A DNA stretch of 18,127 nt from Octopus sinensis (GCF_006345805.1 NW_021824570.1:1-18127); one strand, 5' to 3'. Positions 1 through 9,164 are shown, numbered from the stretch's first letter. Translations and numbers: made by a program. Notes: generated from the letters alone by a model not told the origin.

Positions 1-235
1 TATATAATAAAATAAAATTATTTACATCAAAAGGTACTTTTTTACTATGAAAATCCCTATTTTTTCCGATTTTTTTACTGCTGTGTCGCCATTTTTCGGT
101 GTATTTCAACCAGAAAAATGTTCACTTAAAGAGAATAACAAGCTACATAATGCAAAATTTTTACTTTTCAAAAATTCCAATTCTAAAGGGTCGAAAAAGA
201 AAACAAACCCGAGCAACGCCGGGCTATACTACTAG
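1..235 (+). mobile_element. 3' end of a non-autonomous Helitron-like element (5' part outside the window)
   Basis: GC-rich hairpin CCCGAGCAACGCCGGG (208-223), then 8 nt, then CTAG (232-235) and T (236). This is the canonical Helitron 3' terminus and target T. The upstream AT-rich body is assigned only by adjacency. Confidence 0.7.
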
Positions 236-249
236 TTAACTTAGTAGAA

Positions 250-660
250 GGTAGCTTGTACCGTGATGAGGGACTTCTTTTATTAACTATGTGAATAACC
301 AGCAAGAAAAAAATAAACAGTCAAAATAAGGATAAAACTAGGTTATTCACAGATTTGAACCTACAAGTCGTAGTCCGTACAACCTCCCAAAAGAGTTTAA
401 TTTCCTTGACATAACAATGAAATTAGTTGCTCGAAAATGCCACCCCTAAAGAAAATCGAATGAATTCCTACAGAACATCCGTAAAATTTCAAACCACCCA
501 CCAGCTATCATAAAGAATCTATCCCCAAAACACTAATCTCAAGTTATCTAGCATCTCGTACGATGAAACTTCCTTTAAAACGCAGCAGATAATTATAACG
601 AAACCCTCTGAAGGAATGGCTTTAAGGATAAGATAAATAAGTCGCCAAGAACGACATTCA
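250..660 (+). pseudogene. Degraded Penelope-like element (PLE) reverse transcriptase fragment
   Basis: Manual translation across frameshifts and stops: LYRDEGL (256-276; PLE motif LYRDDGL), FNFLDITMKL (396 onward), SNHPPAIIKNL (489 onward), KLSSISYDETSF, NAADNYNETL*RNGF. Motif order and spacing match the PLE RT palm and thumb. Confidence 0.85.
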
Positions 661-689
661 TAACACCAGATGTAAAAACAGACGATATA

Positions 690-900
690 AGACATTATGG
701 TAGGAGAGAAAGAGAGGAATGAACAGGCAAACAGGTGGATAGAGTAAGAGAAAGAGGCAAGAAGATAGGGTGAGAGGGAATGGGAGAGAGAGAGAATGAG
801 AGAATGAGAGAATGGGAGAATGGGAGAATAGGAGAGACAGACAGACAGACAGACAGATGAAGAGAGAGACGTACAGTGCTAACGTTAACACATCATTTAT
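690..900. repeat. Purine-rich GA/GACA low-complexity tract
   Basis: GAGA, GAGAAT and (GACA)n runs; source of ORF 658-891. Confidence 0.85.
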
Positions 901-954
901 TGACTCTGTGTGTGTGTGAGGGATAGAAAGCTGGAGGGGGAAATGGGAAAAGGC

Positions 955-1282
955 GAGAGAGAGAGAAATAGAGAAATAGAGGGGGTAAACATGAAGAGGG
1001 TGAGAGCGGGAAACAGAGAGAGAGAGAGAGAGAGACCTAGAGAGAGAAAGAGAGAAATAATGTGTGTAAACGCGAAGAGATTGAGAGCGGGAGACAGAGA
1101 GCTAGAGAGAGAGAGACAGCTAGAGAGAGAGAGAGAGCTAGAGTGAGAGAAATAGAGAAATAGAGTGGGTAAACACAAAGAGTGAGAGCGGGAGATAGAG
1201 CGAGAAGGGAGAGCTAGAGAGAGAGAGAGGGAGAAGTAAAGAAATAGAGTGGGTAAGTACGAAATGAGTGAGAGCGGGTGAC

Positions 1283-1285
<3 letters not shown>
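955..1285. repeat. Degenerate ~90-bp minisatellite, 4 units, in GA repeats
   Basis: A motif like AAATA-(GAG)-TGGGTAAAC...GAG-TGAGAGCGGG recurs near 966, 1055, 1150 and 1241. Confidence 0.75.
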
Positions 1286-1381
<96 letters not shown>

Positions 1382-1388
1382 AGATAGA
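1283..1388. repeat. (GATA)n microsatellite
   Basis: About 25 near-perfect GATA units. Confidence 0.97.
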
Positions 1389-1707
1389 GAGAGGGGAGGG
1401 AAGAGATGGGGAGAGATAGCTAGAGAGGGCGAAAGGGAGAGTCTAGTAAATCCAAGCACATATCATCTGTTAACTGACTTATTTTGAAACTGTCAACAGA
1501 AAAATACTTTAAACGAGAGAAGAAAAAAAAAGAATTACTTAGAGACGCCATTTTTTAAAAAGTTTTTTTCTTTTTTTTTTCGGTAACAACAAGAAAATAA
1601 GAGAAAATAAGCAGCAAAGACGACAAAAACACCAACAACAACACCAACAACAACAGTACCAGCAACAGCAATAATTTCCAAGAGCAACAGGAACAACAAG
1701 AAACATA

Positions 1708-1836
<129 letters not shown>

Positions 1837-1924
1837 TAAACTACCAAAAAAAAAACTTTTTTGTTCTTTTGTTATTTAGTTCTGTTTCTCACATGAAACA
1901 TTCTGTCTAGAAGAGCTTGGAGCG

Positions 1925-2430
1925 GTGGGGTGGGTGGGGGTCATCGTGCAGAATGGTGAATGTGGTAGTGGTTGTGGTGGTGGTGTCGGTGATGACGATG
2001 GGGTGGTGGTGGTGGTAGTAGTGGGGGTGGCGGTGGTAGTGGTTGTGGTAGTGGTGGGGGTGGGGGTGGGGTGACAACGGCCTCGACGACGACGACGATG
2101 ATGATGATGATGGAACTGGTGATGAAGATGCCGTTGATGATAATGATGATGATGAGGAGGAGGAGGAGGAGGAAGAGGAGGAGGAGAAAGAGAAGCAGGA
2201 AGAGGGGGTGGTGGTGATAATGACGACAGTGACGATGATGAGGTTAATGATGATGATGATGATGATGATGATGACGACGACAACGATGATGATGATGATG
2301 ATTATGATGATGACGATGATAACAGTGCAGTGGTGGTGGTGGTGGTGGTGGGTAGAAGCGTCATTACCGCAACCACCTCCAACAGCCACCGCTCACAAAT
2401 AACAACAACAACACAACAACAACAACAGCG
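1925..2430. repeat. Compound trinucleotide tract (GGT, GAT, GAG, GAC, CAA)
   Basis: Successive imperfect trinucleotide blocks; source of ORFs 1876-2283, 1907-2389 and 2208-2402. Confidence 0.92.
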
Positions 2431-2598
2431 ACGAAACCGAGGAATGAAAGAAGGGAGACGAAAGAGGAAGTGAAGGAAGAGAAAGAAATAAACAGGAAGA
2501 AACAGCGAAAAATGTCAACTTAACATAAACCATTTCTGTGCAGAGAGATTAGAGCGAGGGCGCGCGAACGGGTACACGTACGTATGTGTGTGTATATA

Positions 2599-2878
2599 CA
2601 GGACGGGGTGGGGGGCTTGCTCCCCTAAGTACATGGTTCCAGGTTCAGCCCTACCACGTGGCGCCTTTGGCGAGTGTCTTCTATACTATTGATAGGCTCG
2701 GTCCGACTAAAGTCTTGTGAGTGGATTTGGTTGGCGGAAACTGAAAGAAGCTTTGTTTTGTGTGTGTGTGTGTGTTTGTCCCACCACCACCGCTTAACAA
2801 CCGCTGCTGGTGTGTGGTTACGTCCCCGTCACATTAGCGGTTCGCTAAAAGAACGACAGAATAAGTACCAAGCTTTAC

Positions 2879-2880
<2 letters not shown>
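2599..2880 (+). mobile_element. tRNA-derived SINE, family A (diverged, 3' end lost)
   Basis: Aligns with 10813-11215, 8997-9164 and 17951-18091 (CATGGTTC, CTTGTGAGTGGATTTGGT, CGGAAACTGAAAGAAG, TTACGTCCCCGT, AGAATAAGTAC). Ends in (TAA)n. Confidence 0.88.
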
Positions 2881-2910
<30 letters not shown>

Positions 2911-2929
2911 CAACAACAACAATAACAAT

Positions 2930-3290
2930 AACAAGAGCACTCAGAGAGCATAAACCTCCGCTAAGGCAACACCAATGTCCTCTCAATGATTAGCCAGAGA
3001 TGATTTTTAAAAATGAGAATATCTGAAATAAACTCGACTGCGCTCACAAACGAGAATGCTAAAAATGTACCCGACTGCTCTCAAAAATTAAGTAAAAGAG
3101 AAAAAAAACAGGAAAAATAATCCAAAATCTTTGTCCGGTACCGGATCGATCCCAAAATCTAATCATTTCGTGCCAGTCAGGAGGTCAAACATCCCTGAAA
3201 GTTTCATCTGAATCCATTCAGCGGTTCATGAGAAATCTTGTCCACAGACAAACAGACAAACACGACTTCCGCCTTCACTAAGGCGGAAGT
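2930..3290 (-). mobile_element. Non-autonomous Helentron/DINE-1-like element (HINE), full-length copy
   Basis: Perfect 11-bp terminal stem-loop ACTTCCGCCTT-cact-AAGGCGGAAGT (3265-3290); short (CAGACAAA)2 repeat; internal palindrome TCCGGTACCGGA (3134-3145); sub-terminal AACCTCCGCTAAGG similar to the stem arm; small hairpin near the AACAAGAGCAC end; AA/TT flanks. Confidence 0.7.
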
Positions 3291-3535
3291 AACAAGAGCA
3301 CTGAGAGAGTGCAAACCTCCACCAAAGCAACACCAACATCCTCTCAACGATTAGCTGGAGATGATTTTTAAAATGAGAATATCTGAAATAAACTCGACTG
3401 CTCTCACAAACGAGATTATTAAAAATGAGCCCGACCGATCTCAAAAATTAAGTAAAAAAATAATCCAGAATAATAACCCAGAATCCTTGTCCGGTACATG
3501 ATCGATCCCAAAATCTAATTAGTTCGTACCAGTCA
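3291..3535 (-). mobile_element. Second, truncated head-to-tail copy of the HINE-like element
   Basis: Restarts AACAAGAGCAC exactly 361 bp after the first copy and is colinear with it up to CCAGTCA (3535). Hairpin GCACT-gagag-AGTGC near its end. Confidence 0.8.
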
Positions 3536-4567
3536 TTATGACTGTCAAAGAACGTGTAGGAAGTTGGATCCTCATGCGGCGAAACCGACGGGAGAGTCCA
3601 TTATATATGCATGTATGCATGCATGCATGTATGTATGTATGTATACCATTATTCAGTTTTATTTCAAGATTTCTCGCCAACAGAGAAAGCCGGTTTCTAA
3701 CCTAGATCTAAGCCTCCTTCATTGGAATTTCAACAACATCAGCATATTCGCTTTTACTGTTGTACACTTAAATTCTAAAACGGTTTACTGATGAAACAAG
3801 TGCAAACCACATATGGAAAACTTTAATTCAAATTATTTTGTTTGAACTACTGAATTAAGTTATCTATACTCTACCACCGGCATTGTATACTTTCATCTCA
3901 CTCATTACAGTTAACACGCACACACACACACACACAGACATCTGTGCGCCAAAGTATTACTTGGCTCTATCAACTATGTTCTATGTTTATCTCTGGTCGA
4001 TGACTTTCCAGGTGAGTTGTGTTAGAGCGGTGCAATTTTCCATGGTCTTTAACTTGAATGCGTAGAGATGTTGACTTTTAAAAGTATTCGCAGTTAAGCC
4101 GATAAAATTCCTTTCAATGCCGTTAGGAGGAACCATAACTTGTCAGTATTCAACATTTTTAAAGAAGATTCTGGGTGAACTAGGTAGGCAGATTAAATCA
4201 GGTTGGCTTATTGGGAGGTAACTGCACGAAGGAATGTTTTTAATTGTAGTGTTTGACCTGAGAAGCGAATATTATCTAGGCATGACTAACAGGCCTTGAC
4301 GTTATGTACGTTGAGGAGCTTATAGTATTTGTATGTGGATGGGAAACAATGTTTTATTAATTAGGAAATTCCTTTTTAAATAAACAGACACTAATAGTGA
4401 GAAAGATTTAGCTCTATTCAACCTGTAGAGGTCTATTCAACCTGTAGAGACTTGCTTATTTCGTTCCAAAATATTTGTAATATGGAACTGATTTGCACCC
4501 AAATGAAGAAACGACTGTAATAAAGTGCTATAGATTTAATGACATTGCCCTCAAAGCACGCTGTCAC

Positions 4568-4889
4568 TCTGTCGGTTATGATGTCGTGGGTTCTAATTGA
4601 TTCGGTCAATGGAACAGCCTAGTCGTGAAATTAATGTACAAGTGGCTGAGCACTTCACAGGTATACGTACTCTTAACAGACAGACGTTTTCTGGTAGATT
4701 CAGCGTGGTACAGAATGTGACAAGGCTAGTTCTTTGAATTGCAGATACAACCCATTTTTGTCAGCTGAGTGGACTGGAGCAGCGTGAAATAAAGTGTCTT
4801 GCTCAAGGACACAACGCACCACCGGGAATCGAACTCGTGACCTTACGATCGTGAGCCAAACATCTTAACCACTAAGCCACACGCCTTCA
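4568..4889 (-). mobile_element. tRNA-derived SINE, family C (near full length)
   Basis: Minus strand starts TGAAGGCGTGTGGCTTAGTGGTTAAG (A box), has GAGTTCGATTCCC (B box), CCTTGAGCAAGACAC and a long 3' body. Head homologous to 14666-14840. Confidence 0.9.
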
Positions 4890-4939
4890 AATCATAAAAG
4901 TATATCATTTTAAATAAAATATTTTCCCCAATCGCATCG

Positions 4940-5062
4940 ATCCATGGTTGTTCCGGTTGTTCGATCAACTGAAATACTAACGCATTGAATTATGGCCGAG
5001 TATTCCTACAGATATTTGTGGCTGTAATGTAAATCTCAGGCAGACTTAGCTTGACACAGCAT
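4940..5062 (-). mobile_element. Old diverged fragment of the family C/D SINE 3' body
   Basis: Reverse complement CTGTGTCAAGCTAAGTCTGCCTGAGA...TCTGTAGGAATACTCGGCCA...GTTGATCGAACAACCGGAAC parallels the 3' body of 4568-4889. Confidence 0.5.
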
Positions 5063-5489
5063 GTCTAATCTAACCCCTGAAATTACAAGCCGATCTCGTA
5101 TTACTCTGCAGGTAGCGGAGCATTTCTCAGGCTGTTGGATTATTGCCATAATCCTTGGACAAACGACAAATCTGACCCCCTAAATTACGAGTACAACCCT
5201 CATTTTATAACACGGTGGGTGACTGAATATTCCAAAGACAACTGGACTGTAACCATACTCTTCGAACAGGCTCGTTTGTAACATGGCGAGATAATATTAC
5301 AGATAGAGTCCTTCAGGAAAGGCTTTTAGTTTGTCGAAGCCCTTTCTGAAGATTTTAAAGACGTCTGTAATATATTTTAGAAACCAGTTGACCAAGGTGC
5401 TGAGTGGTGGAATAGAACCCAAGAGTTTATGATTGCAAAACCGAATTCTAAACCATTCGACCAAATAGGCATACTAGTTACACACATAC

Positions 5490-5885
5490 AGAGAGACTAA
5501 CACACACACACACACACACACTCTCTCTCTCTCTCTCTCTCTCTTCCCTCTCCCAATTTCTTTCTCTCTCGCTCTCTCTCACTCAGTCACTGGCACGAAC
5601 AAACGCACGCATACATAGAGAAGGTCGCATGCAGAATTTCATACACACACACACATACAGACAGAATCAATTACAAAGAACTACATACACAAGCACAGAG
5701 ACAAACACACATACACATGCACACATACATTCACACACAAACAGAGAAGGTCACACACAGTCACACGAACACACACATACCCGAGCAGAAAGAGTCAATT
5801 ACACACACACACACACACACACACACATGCAAACACATCTTCATACACACATACGCATATACACATACACACACACACAGTGTTC
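5490..5885. repeat. (CA)n/(CT)n and CA-rich low-complexity tract
   Basis: (CA)n 5500-5521, (CT)n 5521-5580, imperfect CA runs to 5880. Confidence 0.93.
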
Positions 5886-6086
5886 CATTCTTAACATACG
5901 ACAAAAACTCTCGCAACAATCAACCATTGCTGGGGTTTTTTTATAATTTTTTAACGTAGATATTTTTGTTTGCGCGTGTTTTTTTCTTTCTTTTTAGCCT
6001 TTTATTTTATGCTTTTTTTTAAATAGTCTTTGTTGAAATTTTTCATTCGTTTATTTATTATTCCATTATTTATTTACCATTTTCAG

Positions 6087-6129
6087 AGTGGTGTGGAGGG
6101 TATCTTTACGGGGCGGAGGAACGAAGAAG
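6087..6129 (+). other. Candidate 43-nt internal exon (host gene unknown)
   Basis: About 55 nt AG-free pyrimidine-rich tract ending TTTTCAG (6086); purine-rich body; AAG|GTGGGT donor. No stop codon in any frame. Confidence 0.3.
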
Positions 6130-6207
6130 GTGGGTATTTTTCTGTGAATTACATTCTTGTCATACTAACAGATTATGCGATGCAGCTGTCAAGTTCGGCC
6201 ATCGCTA

Positions 6208-6239
<32 letters not shown>

Positions 6240-6374
6240 ACACACACATACACACACGCACATACACACACGCACACACACACTCACACACACACACACG
6301 CTCACACACACACACACACACACACACGTACACACGCACACAGACACACACAGACACAGACACACACACACACA
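6208..6374. repeat. Imperfect (CA)n microsatellite
   Basis: Long CA run with CT, CG and TA interruptions. Confidence 0.96.
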
Positions 6375-6540
6375 GAAAATCACTCTCGTTCTCCGCCATT
6401 TTAAAATAGCGGGAAAAGCGAGAAAAGAAACAGACAATAAAATATAATAAAATAAAATTTTTTAAATGACTGAAAGAACAATAAAAAAAAAACAACCACT
6501 GCGTGCGAAATTGTTTTTTAGGCGGGTTTAAGCAGGGTTT

Positions 6541-6652
<112 letters not shown>

Positions 6653-6753
6653 GATCTGAGCCAATACTTAGAACCGTACGGTCTGTCGCCTCTGCTAAGA
6701 GATATATAAGCCTGACGGTTTGGAGCGATAAAGTTACTACTAACACTACTACT

Positions 6754-6980
6754 GTGGAGGCGCAATGGCCCAGTGGTTAGAGCAGCGGACTCGCTGTCGT
6801 GGGATCGCGGTTTCGATTCCCAGACCGGGCATTCTGAGTGTTCATTGAACGAAAACACCTAAAGCTCCACGAAGCTCCGGCAGAGGGTGATGGAGAACCT
6901 TGCTGTACTCTTTCACTACAACTTTCTCTAACTCTTTCTTCTTGTTCCTGTTTTTGTTGTGCCTGTTTTTCAAAGAGCCA
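6754..6980 (+). mobile_element. tRNA-derived SINE, family D (5' half, truncated)
   Basis: A box TGGCCCAGTGGTTAG, B-box-like GGTTTCGATTCCC; ends in GTGCCTGTTTTTCAAAGAGCCA, similar to GTACCTGTATTTCAAAGGGGCCA in family C. Confidence 0.85.
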
Positions 6981-7014
6981 TATACAACGGGGCAAAATTT
7001 CTGAACAGCTTAGT

Positions 7015-7212
7015 TCAGTCGCATTGAATCATAAAATCCCATAGGATCTTTGTATTTTTTATTTTCGACGATGCATTCTGGTTTGTGGTCGTACCAATTT
7101 TTTGCTCTGTCAAGTCCATACTTGTTGCAAAGTGTCCAATGGACAAGCCTGGCTATATTGTCGTGGCGTCTTTTATATTCCTTCTGGGCTAATGGCGTAC
7201 ATTGGCTGGTAC
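7015..7212 (-). pseudogene. Fragment of an RLE-type non-LTR retrotransposon (R4/Dong-like), between zinc knuckle and endonuclease
   Basis: QCTPLAQKEYKRRHDNIARLVHWTLCNKYGLDRAKNWYDHKPECIVEN, then after a frameshift KILWDFMIQCD. The RRHD...HW and ILWDF.IQ.D motifs are typical of R4-clade elements. Confidence 0.88.
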
Positions 7213-7262
7213 ATGCCATACGATATCACCATGCCATACGGTTTCATTATTATTTCTACTTT

Positions 7263-7408
7263 AGGCACAAGGCCATGAAAATTTTGGGGGACGGGGGCTA
7301 GTCGATTACATCGACCTCAGTGCGTATCTGGTACATCGGTCCGAAAGGATGAAAGGCAGAGTCGATCTCAGCGGAATTTGAACTTAGAACATTAAGACGG
7401 ACGAAATA
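7263..7408 (-). mobile_element. tRNA-derived SINE, family B (older copy, head truncated)
   Basis: Colinear with 7409-7629 from GACGAAATA to GTCGATTACATCGAC, but with a different tail (GGCACAAGGCC...). Confidence 0.85.
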
Positions 7409-7629
7409 GCCCACAAAGGGCTAAACACAGAGAGGACATACAAGGACAGACAAACGGGTTAAGTCGATTATATCGACCCCAGTGCGTAACTGGTACTTAA
7501 TTTATCGACCCCGAAAGGATGAAAGGCAAAGTCGACCTCGGCGGAATTTGAACTCAGAACGTAGCGGCAGACGAAATACGGCTAAGCATTTCGCCCGGCG
7601 TGCTAACGTTTCTGCCAGCTCGCCGCCTT
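7409..7629 (-). mobile_element. tRNA-derived SINE, family B (apparently young copy)
   Basis: Minus strand GGCGGCGAGCTGGCAGAAACGTTAG (A box), GAGTTCAAATTCC (B box), central GCCTTTCATCCTTTCGGGGTCGATAAATTAAGTACCAG (resembles a Meta/MESC-type SINE core; family name uncertain). Confidence 0.92.
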
Positions 7630-8124
7630 TAATGCAGCCGCGACAATAACAATAGTAACAATAATAATAACGGAAGTTCCACGTCATTTAATAAAGGGAA
7701 TTTATAATGTAGCGATAAGAATAATTATAAAATTGTTGAATGCAAAGTCTTGTCATAGTTTGGCCTTGAAAGAGAAAGCCCTTAGTTTTATACCAGATGG
7801 TTGATTTTCAGTATTGTTGCCTACTTTCTTTGAGTAGCTCTTCTGTTTCGAACAACCACCGCCACCGCCTCCACCACCCACAATTGTTTCTGTGTGTCTC
7901 TCTCTGTGCAAGTGCGAGGTTGTAGTGGCGGTTTATAATTACTAAACACAATATAATTTATAAAATACGCCTACCTTTATCATATACTGGGAAAAAAAGG
8001 AAAAAGACAACTTTCGAATAATCTTCGGGATTTTTTTTTTGTATCAGAGACAATGAAATAAACTGATAAATAAAAGCTCAATAATTAATCTTTACATATG
8101 TGTGGGGGGGGGGTGAGTGCGCGA

Positions 8125-8256
8125 GCAAACATATGTATATAAATATATACACAGAAACGTACGCACACAAACACATAAACATACACACACATATAAACAT
8201 ACATACAAACATACATACATATACATGCGTGTGTGTGTGTGTGCATGTGTGTGTGA
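8125..8256. repeat. TA/CA/TACA/TG low-complexity tract
   Basis: Mixed dinucleotide and tetranucleotide repeats. Confidence 0.85.
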
Positions 8257-8996
8257 GGGCAGAGGGGATGTAGAACTTGAATTTATAATTAAACTGTTAA
8301 TTATACAGTGAAAGCATGTCTGTGATCATTCGGGGGCGTTTCATGAATGGAGAGGAAACCGCGGGTCACTGACTGCTAAAGCCACTCTCAGGTCAAGTGT
8401 TAACGATCAAGCCAGGATCACGTGATCGGGAATTCTGCTAGCTCTAAGTCAACTAAATTATAAGACTGGATACCAAGCTAAGCTATTTAGTCATCGACTC
8501 TTCAGTGCGGATCATCGTCGAAAGTTGCTTGAATTTGCATCGCTTAGCTTAGGAACGTGAAGCGGATGAACATTCCCCAGGAGGAAACCTCACCCCTGCC
8601 GACAGATATAGAATATCTTGGATTTATTGCTGGGCGATATTGCAGGCTGTTTCAGTGTCTGAAACGTTTCGCATAGGCAAAGTCTACAGTTACGTTATCC
8701 GTGGGAGTATGGCGTAGCTCTATCAACATTTCGTGGTATAGCAGATTTACGGCGCTCTTGGTCTCTGAGCTTCCAGATCTATAAAGGAGAGGGAAGTGGA
8801 AATTTTTCCCGGTTCCTAAACGTTGACTGTTTCGTAACTTGATGTTGTCGATGAGCCCCGTACAAACAGCTTGATATCGTCAGGTACTGTTATTGATTCT
8901 TGACTAGCAATCACTATTTTCGAGAAGCAAGATCCCCTAAGCGGACAAATACATTCAGTTCCGCAAATGTAAGAATGCTATGTAATATATATATAT

Positions 8997-9164
8997 AGGA
9001 CCAGGCGTCGCTGTATGGTAAGTAGCTTGTTTTCCAACCACATGATTCGGGGCTCAGTTCCACTCTGTGGTACCTTGGGCTAATGTCTACTACTATAGCC
9101 TCGGGCCGATCGAAGCCTTGTGAGTGGATTTGGTAGGCGGAAACTGAAAGAAGCTCGTCGTATA
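8997..9164 (+). mobile_element. tRNA-derived SINE, family A (5' half)
   Basis: GCTGTATGGTAAGTAGCTTG...CCAACCACATG...CCTTGGGC...GTGAGTGGATTTGGTAGGCGGAAACTGAAAGAAG; truncated at GTCGTATA. Confidence 0.9.

Noticed and set aside
1-19. Exact 19-bp match to 6443-6461 (TATATAATAAAATAAAATT)
   Set aside because: Pure A/T low complexity and the flanks do not align; consistent with chance.
290-351. 11-bp inverted repeat TGTGAATAACC / GGTTATTCACA, 40 bp apart
   Set aside because: Lies inside decayed PLE coding sequence, has no TSD and is short; probably chance.
2930-3535. CRISPR-like or prokaryotic repeat/terminator reading of repeats and hairpins in the window
   Set aside because: No short identical repeats with unique spacers, no cas-like ORFs, and the context is clearly eukaryotic.
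3565-3590. CTCATGCGGCGAAACC hammerhead-like string; also CTGATGAAAC at 3789
   Set aside because: No intact CUGANGA plus stem II plus GAAA arrangement.
6754-6830. tRNA-like sequences here and at about 4820-4889, 5400-5462, 7540-7629 and 15270-15310
   Set aside because: A/B boxes or a T-arm are present (e.g. TCAGG-ATTCGAA-CCTGA at 15277-15293), but there is no complete cloverleaf or acceptor stem; these are SINE heads or remnants.
8645-8695. Second hammerhead on the minus strand (CTGTAGA...GC-CTAT-GC-GAAACGTT)
   Set aside because: Invariant core A is changed, stem II is only 2 bp and no stem I pairing can be found.
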